Below, piece by piece: positions 1 through 12,087 of a DNA stretch of 64,000 nucleotides. The translations under genes were made by a program, and so were the position numbers. How positions within the stretch are numbered: the first letter of the stretch is position 1; each line of letters starts with the position of its first letter. Where the stretch lies: positions 161,636,001-161,700,000 of the forward strand of contig CM059425.1 in NCBI GenBank assembly GCA_030390025.1, written 5' to 3'. The DNA is from Squalus acanthias (lineage: Eukaryota). Under the pieces are notes generated by a model. The model was not told where the DNA came from. It did no database searches and was given only the letters and a program-made list of their open reading frames with translations.

Positions 1-591
1 GGGGTGGGGGAGCAATTGGCCGGAGCTGGCTAGGCCTAAGGATTCCTTGAATGGTCTGGTAGGATCATTCCTGCTCATCCTGGCCCACAAGAAGTTCTGA
101 AAACAGCAGATCTTTAATACTTCTTGGCCAGTTGTGCATTCTGCCTTGGATCTGCTGGCAACCAACAGCGTAGGACTCCCCTGATGTTTAGTTAATTCTG
201 TCATGGTGCCGATGAAATCATCCAATGAAGTGACTTTTGAATGTTAACTAGGCCCCTGCCTCCATTTTGTGTGAGCCTCGTCAATGGCCTGATTTGGGGT
301 AGTAAAAATTTATATGGCTGGGAAGGCGGCAGGTTGGAGCCTGGAGATAGAATTTTAAAATTATAACCCCTCCCACCAGTGTTCCCTGTAATTTTTTTTG
401 GTGCGCGGGCCCTTTAACTGGCAGCGCAACCCATTCAATTTTTCGCGCATGCGCAGTTATTTACATTGGAAAGCCCACAAGCGGCCTGCCCCGGAAACTA
501 CAGACTGCTGCGCGTAGGCACGCAGCTTAGCGGGAATGTTGCCTCCCACGCACCATTCCCCTAGGGCGGGTGGGGGTTTAAATTCGGGGCC
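1..591. mobile_element. Right part of a Harbinger-type MITE (left end outside window)
   Basis: Ends in GGGGTTTAAATTCGGGGCC, the same AATT...GGCC terminus style as the TIR-bounded MITEs elsewhere in the window; no ORF. Confidence 0.45.
377..541. mobile_element. hAT-superfamily MITE
   Basis: Imperfect TIRs CAGTGTTCCCTGTAA / TTAGCGGGAATGTTG; perfect 8-bp TSD CCTCCCAC (369-376, 542-549); related copy at 15505-15654. Confidence 0.85.
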
Positions 592-3270
592 ACAGAATGT
601 TACAGCGTAGGAACAGGTCATTCGGCCCGACAGGTCTGTGCCGGTGTTTATGCTCCACAGAAGCCTTCTCCCACCTTATTTCATCTGCCACTATCAACAT
701 GTCTGCTTTCCCTTAAATGCATCTGTGCTATTTGCCATAGCCACTCCATGTGGTAGCAAGTTCCACATTCTCACCACTCTGAGTAAAGTAGTTTTTCCTG
801 AATTCCATATTGGATTTATTAGTGACTGTCTTATATTTATGGCCCCTAGTTTTGGTAACTTCTTCTATACGTCTACCCTATTGAACCCCTTCATAATTTT
901 AAAGACCTCTATTAGGTCACCTCTTAGCCTTAATTTTTCCAGAGAAAAGAGCCCCAGCTTGTTCAGTCTTTGATGATAGTTGTACCCTATCAGTTCTGGT
1001 ATCATCCCTGTAAATCTTTATTGCACTTTCTCCAGTGCTTCTATATCCTTATTGTAATACGGTGACCAGAACTGTGCACAGTACGCTAACTGTTGTCTAA
1101 ACAGGATTCTATATAAGTTTAACACAATTTCTCTGTTTTTGAATTCTATTCCTATAGAAACGAACCCCAGGGCTTTGCACTTTTTATGGCTTTGTTAACC
1201 TGCATTGCTAGTTTTATTGAATTGTGAATCCGTAGCCCTAGATCCCTTTGCTCCTCGACCCCATTTAGACTCTTATTTTCCAAGGAGTAGGTGGCCTCCA
1301 TATTCCTCTTTGCCACTTCACACTTATCTGTATTGAAATTTATTTGCCGTTTACACGTCCATTAACAGCGTAATTACTGCGGAAGAGCCGAAGGTTTCAT
1401 CAGTTTCCAGGATTTGAGAGATTTCATTGATTGCCAGCCCTGTGGGGGGGAGGCACAGCACAGCCAGTGTCAGAGCAGTTTACATGCCCATTCTACAAGT
1501 TTGTTAATGTCTTGTATTTTGTTGCTGTCTTCCTCAGCATTAACTATACCCCCCAATTTGGTATCATCAGCAAATTTTGGTATTGTACTTCAGATTCCCG
1601 AGTCCAAATCATTTCTCTTCTCTTCTCTTAGGCAGTCCCTTACAACCGAGGATGACTTGCTTCCACATTAAAAATGAATTCTCAGGTGACAGATGAGTCC
1701 AATGCGGGACCTACAGTCTCTGTCACAGGTGGGGCAGACGGAGGTTGAAGGAGCGGGTGGGTGGGTGGGGTGCTTGGGTTGACATGCGCTCCTTGAGCTT
1801 GGCTTCCGCTTGCTCCCGGTGAAGAGACTCTGTGTTCGGCGCCTTCCTGGATGCTTCTCCTCCACTTTGTGCGGTCTTGGGCCAGGGATTCCCAGGTGTC
1901 GGTGGGGATGTTACACTTTTTCAAGGAGGCTTTGAGGGTGTCCTTGAAGCGTTTCCTCTGCCCACCTGGGGCTCTCTTGCCGCGTCGGAGCTCCGAGTAA
2001 AGCGCTTGTTTTGGGAGTCTCGTATCGGGCATGCGGACGATGTGACCGGTCCAGCTTGGTCAAAGCTTCGATGCTGGGGATGTTGGCCTGAGCGGGAACA
2101 CAGACATTGGTGCACCTAACCTGCCAATGGATTTGCAGGATCTTGCGGAGGCAGCATTGGTGGTACCTCTCCAGTGCTTTGAGGTGCCTGCTGTACATGG
2201 TCCATGTCTCTGAGGCATACAGCAGGGCGGGTATCACTGCTGCTCTGTAGACCATGAGCTTAGTGCCGGGTTTGAGGTCCTGGTCTTCAAGCACCCTCTT
2301 CCTCAGGCGACCGAAGATTGCACTGGTACACTGAAGGCGGTGTTGGACTTCGTCATTGACGTCTGCCCTTGTTGACAGTAGGCTCCCGAGGTATGGAAAG
2401 TGGTCCACGTTGTCCAAGGCCTTGTCGTGGATTTTGATAATCGAGGGGCAGTACTGTGTGGTGAGGGCAGGTTGGTAGAGGACCTTTGTCTTACGGATGT
2501 TTAGTGTAAGGCCCATGCTCTTGTACACTTCGGTGAAGGTGTTGACGATGGTTTGGAGTTCGACCTCCGAGTGAGCGCAGACGCAAGTGTCGTCTGCATA
2601 CTGTAATTCGATGACAGAGGATGGGACGACCTTGGATCTGGACTGGAGGCGACAGAGGTTGAACAGTTTCCCGTTTGATCTGTAAATTAGCTCCACTCCA
2701 GCGGGGAGCTTACTGAGGGTGAGATGGAGCATTGCAGCAAGGAAGATCGAGAAGAGCGTTGGTGCGATGACAGAGCCTTGCTTGATCCTGGTCCGTACGT
2801 GAATTGGGTCTGTGGTGGAACCGTTGGTCAGGATCACGGCTTGCATGTCGTCGTGAAGTAGGCGGAGGATGGTGACAAACTTTTGAGGGCAGCTGAATTT
2901 GAGGAGGACACTCCATAATCCCTGCCGGTTGACAGTGTCGAAGGCCTTTGTGAGATCAAAGAAGGCCATGTACAGAGGTTGGTGCTGTTCCCTGCATTTC
3001 TCTTGTAATTGACACGTGGTGAAGATCATGTCCATTGTGCCCTTTCGTGGGCAGAATCCGCATTGCGACTCTGGAAGGAGCTCTTCGGCTACTGGGAGAA
3101 GGCGATTGAAGAGGATTCTTGCGATGACTTTCCCTGTGGCAGACAGCAGGGAAACTCCAAATCATTTATATAAATGGTGAACAACTGTGGTCCCAGCACA
3201 GATCTCTATGGAACACCACTTCCCACCTTCTGCCAGTCTAAGTAACTTCCTTTAACCTCTACTCTCTGTT
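592..3270 (-). mobile_element. Old 5'-truncated CR1 LINE (RT C-terminus and 3' UTR), interrupted at 1364-1477 and 1615-3155
   Basis: Degenerate match to the CR1 copies at 16443 and 52591 (3' tail ...GGTCATTCGGCCC; FADDTKLGG at ~1550-1577; PQGS-region remnant at ~3185-3220). Confidence 0.85.
1615..3155 (-). mobile_element. 5'-truncated RTE-clade LINE, frameshifted RT
   Basis: ORF 1911..3035 has RT motifs (FFDLTKAFDTV, IKQGSVIAP, LQYADD, FPYLGS); RTE-type C-terminus (RLPKQALYSEL, CPTCDRDC...HLRIH); (AAGAG)n 3' tail; 12-bp TSD TCCAAATCATTT at 1603-1614 and 3156-3167. Confidence 0.92.
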
Positions 3271-3346
3271 TTGAGACTTGAGCACATAAATTAGGCTGAC
3301 CCTTCAATACATTCTGAAGGAGGTGCCATCTTTCAGAAGAGATATT

Positions 3347-4110
3347 GGCCCGTAATTTCCGATAGGAGGTTTCCTGCGTGCGGATGCCTCCTATCGGAAA
3401 AAAATCTACGAACTTAGCTGAGGGCTCCCGAGGTCCGGACACTTCTGCTCCTGGGCCTCTCCACAGTCGAAATGCGCAGGGCCCACGTATCCCAGGGGCG
3501 CATGCAGTTCGCAAGCGTCCCTGGGATCACGTGGGCCAGGCGAGCCAATAGGAGAAGGGAATCTCCCTTCATACTTTTGACAGATAGACCTGTCAAAAGT
3601 ATGAATGGAGATCACCCCAAAAAGACATTAAAATATTAAATAACTTCTTAAAAAACCATCACGTTTTTAAAATGAGTTAAAATTACATTAAATTAAATAT
3701 TTTAAACAAAAATGTAATTTTTTGAAAAAAATCATTAAAGTTTTTTATGGGGCTAAAAATAAACATACCTTTTTTAAAAGTATTTTTAAATTATAAATGA
3801 GTGGGGAAAAAAATATTTTTTTTACTTTTTTCAACTCTTATGCTGGTAAAAGCAGGCCTTACGCCTGCTTTTACCAGATGTAAGATTTTGAAGTGTTTTC
3901 AGCGGGCGGAGGTTCTGCAGAAAGCGGAACTCTCCACCCGCAGAGGCCCTTCTCTAGGGCAGGCGTGCGATCTGTCAAGAGCATTCTTGACAGATCGGAA
4001 ATGCCGGTTTTCAGCGCATGCGCTTCGCATGCCTGAAACCGGCATTTCCGATGTCCCTACGGGTGAGTACACAGCGCGTACACACCCGTAGGGATCGGAA
4101 AATACAGGCC
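3347..4110. mobile_element. Harbinger-type MITE
   Basis: TIRs GGCCCGTAATTTCCGAT / ATCGGAAAATACAGGCC; 3-bp flanks ATT/ATA; internally related to the MITEs at 7998, 50360 and 63426. Confidence 0.8.
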
Positions 4111-4671
4111 ATAAAACCAAGGCTTCGTCTGCCCTCTCAGGTGGACATAAAAAAAAATCACACGGCACTATTTGAAGAAGAGCAAGGGAGTTTTCCCAGT
4201 GTCTTGACAAACATTTATACTTCAACCAACACCTAAAACAGATGAATATTATGTTTGTGGGACATTGCTGTGTACAGATTGGCTACCGTGTTTTCTACAT
4301 TACAACAGTGACTACACTTCAAAAGTACTTAATTCGCTGTAAAGCACTTTGGGACATCCTAAGGTCATAAAAGGTGTTATATACAGTCACGCCCACTTAA
4401 ATGAATAGCTGATAAAAGAATAATGGCCCTGAATTTGCGGTCTTGATGACGGCCAACTGGCAGCGATTGCCGTCATTTTGCCTTTGAAACTGACCGTAAC
4501 TTCAGGATTTAGCGCATGCACAGCCTAATCTGGAAATCCTGAAGTTGCGGTCTGTCATTCACTGCTCCAACACTGGCTGTGCTGTGCCCCCCCCCACCCC
4601 CCCGCACCCCCACAGAGCCTAAATCTCTCAAATCAGGGAAGCTGATGAAAACTTCAGCTCTTCTGCAGTAA

Positions 4672-5968
4672 TGTTAGAAACTAAAGATGCCTAAAAATGT
4701 ATATGGTTATGCGATTAAAACTGACGCGAAAAATGCTGTGTTTAAATGGTTATGTTCGAATTGCAGACGGAAAGTCTCCTTGGGACAGATAAATGCTTAG
4801 AAGTGCTAATGTTTTGGTTTCCTATGGAGGTACAATCTCCCTGTTGCTAAGCGATTATCTGTTGTTTTTAAGTTAAGGTAGGATTTGAAGTTAGTTTAAC
4901 AGAACTGCTTGCGAAGATAATGAAAGGAAGTTAGGGGAAGTTAACGTAAACATTTGCTACGTCATAAAGGAGGTAACACTCTGAAGCGAACAGGTTTCTA
5001 GTTGGGCCTCTTGAGATCAAAGAAGGATACGGACGAAAGAGGTAAGAGGCGAATTCCACAAGGAGGAAACCCTGGGAAAATCTAAACCGAGAAAGACATG
5101 TGGCCAAAATCATAAGACGTCTTTAGGGCAGGTTTTGACACAAGAATCGAGACAAAGAGCTGGAAGTCCCATTGGATAAATAAACATAGAATCTAGGAGC
5201 AGGAGTAGGCCATTCGGCCCGTCGAGCCTGCACCACCATTCAATACGATCATGGCTGATCATTCAAATCCAGTACCCTGTCCCTGCTTTAATCCCCACAG
5301 TACACATATCCCACCCGACCCCCGTAACCCCACGTATTTAATTCCCCCTAACATATCCCATCCTATCCCCATAACCCCACATATTTAATCCCCCCCTAAC
5401 ACTAAGGGTCAATTTATCATAGCCAAATCAACCTAACCCGCACATTTTTGGACAGTGGGAGGAAACCGGAGCACCCGGAGGAAACCCACGCAGACACGGG
5501 GAGAATGTGCAAACTCCACACAGACAGTCACCCGAGGTCAGATTTGAACCCGGGTCTCTGGCGCTGTGAGGCACCAGTGCTAACCACTATGCCACCGTGT
5601 TGCCCTCATTATTAATATTGATATTAAGCTCAAAAGGTCTTGTCAATATCCAGGTTCAGGCCCACCCCTAAAAGTAGAATAAAAGTGACCTCTCCGAAAG
5701 CTTGTACTCACAGACAGAAGAGTAAGAGAGAGAGAGAGCTTGTACTCTCAGACGGAAGGAGGAAGAGAATTGCTCACATGTGTCAACCGTCTGTCCGATC
5801 GGATTGGTATCAGCTTTTTGTCACGGTCGTATGTTTTTGCTGTATTACTAATGTGTTATATTCCGTATTAAACTCTGATTAAACACAATATACCCACCAT
5901 ATTGGTTTGCACTCGAACCTGATTATTTAAAATGACCAGAGAGAACCGTAACTTGGCTATTTCTAACA
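4672..5968. mobile_element. Solo LTR (family 1) containing a V-SINE
   Basis: TG...CA ends with short inverted repeats TGTTAGAAA / TTTCTAACA; perfect 4-bp TSD GTAA (4668-4671, 5969-5972). Confidence 0.85.
5183..5605 (-). mobile_element. tRNA-derived V-SINE (HE1-like) with CR1-type 3' tail
   Basis: Minus strand reads A box TGGCATAGTGG, B box GGGTTCAAATC, V-domain GAGTTTGCACATTCTCCCCGTGTCTGCGTGGGTTTCCTCCGGGTGCTCCGGTTTCCTCCCAC; tail matches the CR1 3' ends in this window. Confidence 0.9.
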
Positions 5969-7920
5969 GTAATTACACTTTTAAATACCCCATTAAATGT
6001 TAGACCCAAAGGATTAGATGTAACTGGGATTTTAACAGCATATTGACTGCTAACCAAAGGTTATGGCCCTGAAAAAGTAATTTAAATTTTGTGCAGAGTC
6101 AAATTTATCCATTTTAATAAAAATGAAAATTTAAGAAACTTAAAAAAAAATTAAAAAAATGTTTATTCATCTTTATTTTAGGTTTGCCTTTTCTCCATGT
6201 GCGAGCCCCAATCTTTGTTTTGCTGTCTCTAACACTTTTTAAAAGTTAGAATTTTAGGAGTTTACCCACTTCCTGGTTCGCTGTCTGTGAGAATTCTGCG
6301 TTTTGATTGGCTGCTTAGACATCACAGCAGCTCTTTGCTGGGAATCCCCCATTAACTTCCGTTGGTTTGAATTATTATTGGGAAACCCAAACTTCTCGAC
6401 ACAGAAATCGTGAGGTCTTTGTGCAAAGCTTACTTCGGGGCCAGCAGCGAAAGCCTTTGCTTCGCCGCTGACTGCAAATTCCAGGCCAAAATGTTCAAGA
6501 GAATAAAATTTCCATTTCTATCTATTCCAATAATAGCTGTCCCTGTTATCTAAATAACTGTTAAATGATAAAAGGTTTAAATTAATTGCAGAAGTCTGGA
6601 TTTATTTATGGAAGTGTTGTACTGCCTCGATAAAGTCGATGATGTGTTAACCCCTTTTTGCCTATTGATGTGTTGAGCACTTTTTACAAACATTTTTATC
6701 TAAGTGTGAAATTCAAAGTAACCAATTCACTGATATTTCAGTGTCTTTTTCACCAGGTGCTAGGGCTGAAGCACTTTTGGCAATCAATGTGACAAGCGCT
6801 TTTAAGGTGTGGAAACCACCTCATCAGATCATAATGCTCAAGCTTTGTGATGCTTATAACTGTTAAATGTTGTGTGGTATTGTTAAATGTGATTAATCTG
6901 TTTTTAAAGTTCCTTTAAAAAAATATTTTATTAGCCTTTTTAAAAGATTTTTAAGTCCTTTTTTAAAGATTGATTGTGCTGTATTGTAATGTATATATTG
7001 TAATGAAGCAAATTACATAAATACACTTTCAGTTATCCATGACAACTGTGTGATCGTTTTTTACAGTACTGAAATTGCAATCCAGTTTGCATTTCATTGT
7101 TAGCTTCTTGCCAAACTTGATACAACAGTTAAAACAGATAAAAGAATAGAACGGTGACATGAATAAAAATACTTGGTAAAATCATTATTCATTTACCTGT
7201 TTTTCACTATAAATGCAAGTTCTTTGTTTCTTTCTTAGCCAGAGGTTTATTTATAATGTCAGAGCATGTCTATGGGCTACTCTGCTTTAGTATCTAAGTT
7301 TGGTGTGGCACCAAGAAGCTTGATTTCTCCACAGGCACCTTTAGTTAATTCTGCTTCAATGCTTGCAGCTCCCTCTTCCGTGCTGATTGAAGTTTAATTG
7401 TCATCAAGATCCATTCCAACATCAAGAAGGCTGCTCCCATAGATCTGGACCTCAAGAATTACATTTAAAATTGTTGCCTTAAAAACGTGTCATCAGTAAC
7501 ACTAAGAAGATCCCTAAAATGGAGTCAGCACTGGCCTCACTGCAACATGCCTCAACTCCTAATAAACAGCTAAATTCAGAGGAGTACTATGTTTCATATG
7601 GCAACATTTTTATCTAGTGCAATAAACAAGTTCTGTATTTCGTGTTCAATAGCCTTTAGAGAACAAGCAATGTACTCCTTACAGTATATGTGTTTTTACT
7701 ACTTGTACATCTATGGGTATGGTAGTGTAATGGTTATGTTACTGGACTAATAATCCAGAGGCCTGGACTAATAAACCAGAGAACATAAATTCATAATCCC
7801 ACCATGGCTATTTGAGAATTTAAATTCAGTTTTAAAAAAACTGAAAATTTGGTTAGCAGTAAAAGGAAATGTGACTATGAAGCAATTGGGTTATCATAAA
7901 AACCCAAATGGGTCACTAAG

Positions 7921-7968
7921 AAACAGAGTTAACATTTCAGGTCGATGACCTTTCATCAGAACTGGAAG
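7921..7968 (-). ncRNA. Penelope-derived minimal hammerhead ribozyme motif
   Basis: Minus strand CAGTT-CTGATGA-AAGGTCATCGACCT-GAAA-TGTTAACT: canonical core boxes flanking stem II (AGGTC/GACCT). Confidence 0.65.
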
Positions 7969-7997
7969 ATGGTAGAGATTAACAGTTTAAAAACATT

Positions 7998-8742
7998 GGC
8001 CCAGAAATTGATCTCGCTCTGTTCCCGCGGGGGTAAGCCTTCCCCGTGATCTCTCACCTCGCTTGTGCTTTTTCAGATCCAGCTCGCACGAACTTGATGT
8101 TCCAGACATCAGCTGGGCAGTGCTTGCGTATCCCACCGGCATAGTGAATTCGTGCGAGCTGTGGGATCACGTGACTCAGTTAGAGCCAATGGCAGCACAC
8201 CATCTTCCATTCATAAGTTTCACAGCACGGCTGTGAAATCTATGAATCTTACACCCCCCCAAAATAACAGCTAAACCTCAATTAAATTTTTTTTAAAAAC
8301 CATCACATTAATAAAATAAGTATAGTTAAATAAATTAACCATTTTAAATAAAAAATTAAATTTTTGAAAAAATTTAAAATCTTTTAAAAAGTTATAAAAA
8401 TAAACTTACCTGTCTTTAAAGTCTCTAAAAAAGATATACCTGTAAAAAAAAATTCAAAAAAATACTTAATTCACTACTTACCTTGTTAAAAGTGGGTCTT
8501 ACTCCTCCTTTTTACATTTCTAAAATCTTCAGTACTCACCTGCGCGTCCAAAGCATGAAGTGCACAGCGTGCGCGCAGCCTGTAGCGCGCACGCGATGCA
8601 CCGAGGAACCGCCCCCTTTTTCAAAAGAGCAATTGCCGGTTTTCAGCGCATGCGCAGGGCATGCAGAAAACCGGCAATTGCAGAGGGAATACGCGAGAGT
8701 ACGCAGTGCGTACTCTCGCGCACCGGGATGAATTTTTGGGCC
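7998..8742 (+). mobile_element. Harbinger-type MITE (family with 50360 and 63426 copies)
   Basis: TIRs GGCCCAGAAATT / AATTTTTGGGCC; perfect 3-bp TSD ATT; colinear with the other two copies. Confidence 0.9.
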
Positions 8743-9972
8743 ATTAACTCCGTTTCTCTCTCTACAGATGCTGCCTGACCTGCTGAGTGTTTTCCAGTAT
8801 TTTCTATCTTCAACTGCTTCATCAGTGACCTTCCTCATAAGGTCATGAGTGGGGCTGTTTGCTGATGAATGCACAGTGCTCAGCTCTATTCATAACTCCT
8901 CCAATAATGTAGCAGCCCATGCCAGCTTACAGCAGGACCTGGATCACATCTAGGGTTAGGCTAACAAGTGGCAGGTAACATTTGCACCACAGAAGTGCCA
9001 GGTAATGACCATCTGAAACAAAAGAATGCCCAACCCACCTCCCTTTTACCTTCAACAGCACCACCATTGCCTAGCCCCATCATTGACCAAAAGCTGACCT
9101 GGACCAGCTGTATCAACATTGGAGCTACAAGAGCCGAGCAGAGACTGGGTAATCTTGTGATGAGTGGCTTAGCTCCTGACCCCTCAAATTCTATCTACCA
9201 TGTATAAGGCTCAAGATAGGATTTTGATGGAATACTCACCACTTGCCTGGAAGGATGCAGCTGCAGCAACAATCAAGAAGCTCGACACCATTCAGGATAC
9301 AACAGTTCACTTGATTAGTGCCCCTGCCACTAAACTCAATATCCACCCCCTCCACCAATAATGCACAGGAGCTACAGTTTATATGATCTACAGGACGCAG
9401 TATATGCAGTTTCCTGCATTACAGCAGTGACTAGGGAAGGCAGTACTTAATTGGCTGTAAAGTGCTTTGGGACGTCCTGTTGTCGTGAAAGGCGCTATAT
9501 AAATGCAAGTCTTTTAACTCACTAACAACTCACCAAAGTTACTTCGACATTACCTCCCTCTATCACTGAGAAGGACAAGATCAGCAATGGTCATAGGAGC
9601 ACCACCACCTCCAAGTTCCCCTCCAAGTCACACACCATCCTGACTTGGGCATATATTGCCTTCCCTTCATTGTTGCTTGGTCAATATCCTGAATTTTCCT
9701 ACCTAACAGCATTGTGGGAGGACTGTCACCACAAAGATTGTAGTGCTTCAAGGAGAAGGCTCACCACCACCACCTCAAGTCAACTAGAGATGGGCTATAA
9801 ATACAAAAAACACATTAAAATAAATGCTGCCATCCTGGATTGTGGCTAACCCAGAAGTGCATTTTATATTTACTAACACAAACTGCAAGCACACAAATTA
9901 TATAAATAGAGTTGCTCAGCCTGCTTCCCATCAATGGAATGTACATATTTCTATCCACATCAACCCAAGAAC

Positions 9973-10260
9973 TGCAGTGCTTAGGACCTAGGCAACTGAA
10001 GGGACGGCCGCCAATGGTGGAGCGATGAAAATCAGGGATGCGCAAGACTGCAGAGGAGTGCAGAGATCTTAGAGGGTTCTTGGACTGGAGGAGGTTAGAG
10101 AGATAGGGAGGGGCGGGGCGGGGCCATGGAGGGATTTGAAAACAAGGATGAGAATTTTAAAATTGAGGCAATGCTAGACAATGTAAGTCAGCGAGCACAG
10201 GGATGATGGGTGAACAGGACTTGGTGCAAGTTAGGATACAGGCAGCAGAGTTTTGGAAGA
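9973..10260 (-). mobile_element. L2-type LINE ORF2 3' fragment
   Basis: Translates to RIPDFHRSTIGGRPFSCLGPK, typical of the L2 ORF2 C-terminus (GxRAFSxxGPxLWNxLP). Confidence 0.65.
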
Positions 10261-10261
10261 G

Positions 10262-10455
10262 GACATTGAGTCAACCACATACTGTGGGACTGGAGTCATA
10301 TGTAGGTTTCCTTCCCTGAAGGGGCAACTGGGTTTACTTAACGATAATCAGAAGCTTTCAGCCCACAAATTACCAGTTCTATTACCATGTTGTAATTTGA
10401 ACTCATGACTTCTGGGTTGCTAATCCAGCACGATAACCACTAGGCTACCATAGCT
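10262..10455 (-). mobile_element. Degenerate tRNA-derived head and 5' domain of the same family as 7715 and 34945-35160
   Basis: A box TAGCCTAGTGG (10437-10447), B-box-like GAGTTCAAAT (10395-10404), followed by AGGGAAGGAAA...TGACTCCAGTCCCACAG...GTGGTTGACTC. Confidence 0.7.
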
Positions 10456-10907
10456 TTGTGTGATGGCTTGGCCCTTAATGACATGAGATGACTTTGAGGG
10501 TCTCCAAATGTTTTCTGAATTTTACCACCCTATTGTGATGCACTGATTTAATTGTCTCCCTTTAAAATTGCCGTGTGGGCAATTTTCTTCCATCACCACG
10601 ACTGCCTTCCCTAGACTCAGCCGAGTCTGCTGGTGCTGTGAATATTTTTGCAACTGAGCTTACACCAGAGAATTAAGCACTACTTTCACTTGACCTTTCA
10701 GGGAATTGCACCAGTTCTTAACCACTTAGAATTGATTTAGATCTGAAGATCAAAATCAGCCCAGATGTATCTGGAAATATGAAAAAGAATCATAACCTTC
10801 AAGCAATAATTAATATAAACAGTACCGCTGTCATTAAATTGTAAAGCTAGATAACAGAAAGTTAATATCAAGTGCTAGATTGCACAATGTTTTCAGAAAT
10901 AAATGTC

Positions 10908-11044
10908 GGGGGTAATTTTCACCTTCACCACCTGGGGCATTAATGTGGTGGAGTGGATCAGCCACCTGTTATAGAACTCTATAATAGGCAGGCAATCCAC
11001 TCCACCATATTCCTGCCCAGGGGGTGAAGGTGAAAATTACACCT
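10908..11044. mobile_element. Short fold-back MITE
   Basis: Near-complete palindrome: GGTAATTTTCACCTTCACC...GGTGGAGTGGAT...ATCCACTCCACC...GGTGAAGGTGAAAATTACACC. Confidence 0.7.
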
Positions 11045-11906
11045 GTTGAGTCTATAAGAAACAAAGGCCTTGAAATTATGCTATGGGATAACACTGCATG
11101 AATGCTCAAATCTAAAATTTGACTCTCCACTATCTAGTTTTGCAGAGGGTAGTTTTAAACTAAACACTTTCAAAATGCCTGAAACAGATGGAAAATGGCG
11201 TAACATACCCCATTGGTAAGCAAAATATACAACTACTAAATTGCTCCCCAAACCCCATACACCGAAGAATCTCTTGAAAGAAATTTATTTAACCATGTCA
11301 GATTCATTTTCTGCACCCAAGTGCCAAAGAAGGTTCAGAGGCTTATGTGCTATGTGAATAATATTCAACAATCAACATATTAGGTGAATCCTATTTCATC
11401 TTGATGAATCAACTTAGTGACCAGGGGAATAACATGTTGTTGTATGCCATTCTTAAAATAAATAGATTAATAGATAAATAAAACAAATAAACATTTGTTA
11501 AAATAACATACATAGGAATCTTATAGGGTACATTAAAAAGTATGCCAAAAATATTGCTCATCAAAATTTCATCCTCAAGGTCTTAGCTAATATTTAGGAA
11601 TTGCAATTTGGAAAGAATATCAGAATGTCGGGAGCACATTTGAGGGTTCCTTATCTTTTCTAGAGAGTCAGTTTAGCATCATGTCTCACATATGGAGTGT
11701 TATTCTCAATTGATTGTACACTTTATCACATCCAAGTAGCAGGGGAGCCAATCCAGGAAACAATTCTTGAAATGAAAATGACCACAGTTACTATCCAAAC
11801 CAGAGGCCTTCCCTGACTGCAAGGAAAGATTAGCTTGCTCAACCTTTCCAACACAATGGAAGAATGGAGGGGTCACATGGCAACCTCATCCAATTGTGAA
11901 AGTAAT

Positions 11907-12087
11907 GGGATAAAGTTCAACTTCGGCAAGAGTGCAAAGCGGATGGTAGCAGATCAGCCACCCAATATTCACCGCCCAAGTCTCCTTTCCATTGACTTAA
12001 ATGGAAAGGAAAATTGTGCATAGTGTGCAACAGGTGACCGATCCACTAGTGCCCATTTTGCGCCCTGCCAAAGTTGAATTCTACCCC
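11907..12087. mobile_element. Short palindromic MITE
   Basis: Ends GGGATAAAGTTCAACTTCGGCA / TGCCAAAGTTGAATTCTACCCC; central palindrome TCCTTTCCATTGACTTAAATGGAAAGGA. Confidence 0.65.

Larger units (their letters stand above)
4425..6487. mobile_element. Harbinger-type MITE carrying a solo LTR
   Basis: TIRs GGCCCTGAATTTGCGGTC / GACTGCAAATTCCAGGCC; flanks AAT/AAA. Confidence 0.8.
4384..7209. mobile_element. Non-autonomous Tc1/mariner (pogo/Tigger-like) element
   Basis: Degenerate TIRs CAGTCACGCCCACTTAAATGAATA / TATTCATTTACCTGTTTTTCACTA; TA duplicated at 4382-4383 and 7210-7211, splitting the SINE tail TATA|TAAATGCAAG. Confidence 0.6.
3273..7236 (+). mobile_element. Deu-domain SINE (SacSINE1/AmnSINE-like), split by two DNA-transposon insertions
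   Basis: Pieces 3273-3346, 4111-4383 and 7210-7236 join into Deu-domain sequence (GGAGGTGCCATCTTTC...CTGCCCTCTCAGGTGGAC...GGCACTATTTGAAGAAGAGC) plus tail ACATTACAACAGTGACTACACTTCAAAAGTACTT...TAAATGCAAGT and a (TTTC)-like end. Confidence 0.8.
7715..9810 (+). mobile_element. Old internally deleted copy of the tRNA-headed, ORF1-less CR1/L2-group LINE family
   Basis: tRNA-like head and 5' domain (7715-7920) homologous to the reverse complement of 35065-35160; RT C-terminal half and 3' end (8810-9810) homologous to 30745-32780; Deu-SINE tail inserted at ~9405-9515. Confidence 0.7.

Noticed and set aside
5530..5605. tRNA gene
   Set aside because: The A/B boxes belong to a SINE head fused to a V-domain and LINE tail; the same applies to 7715 and 10395-10450.
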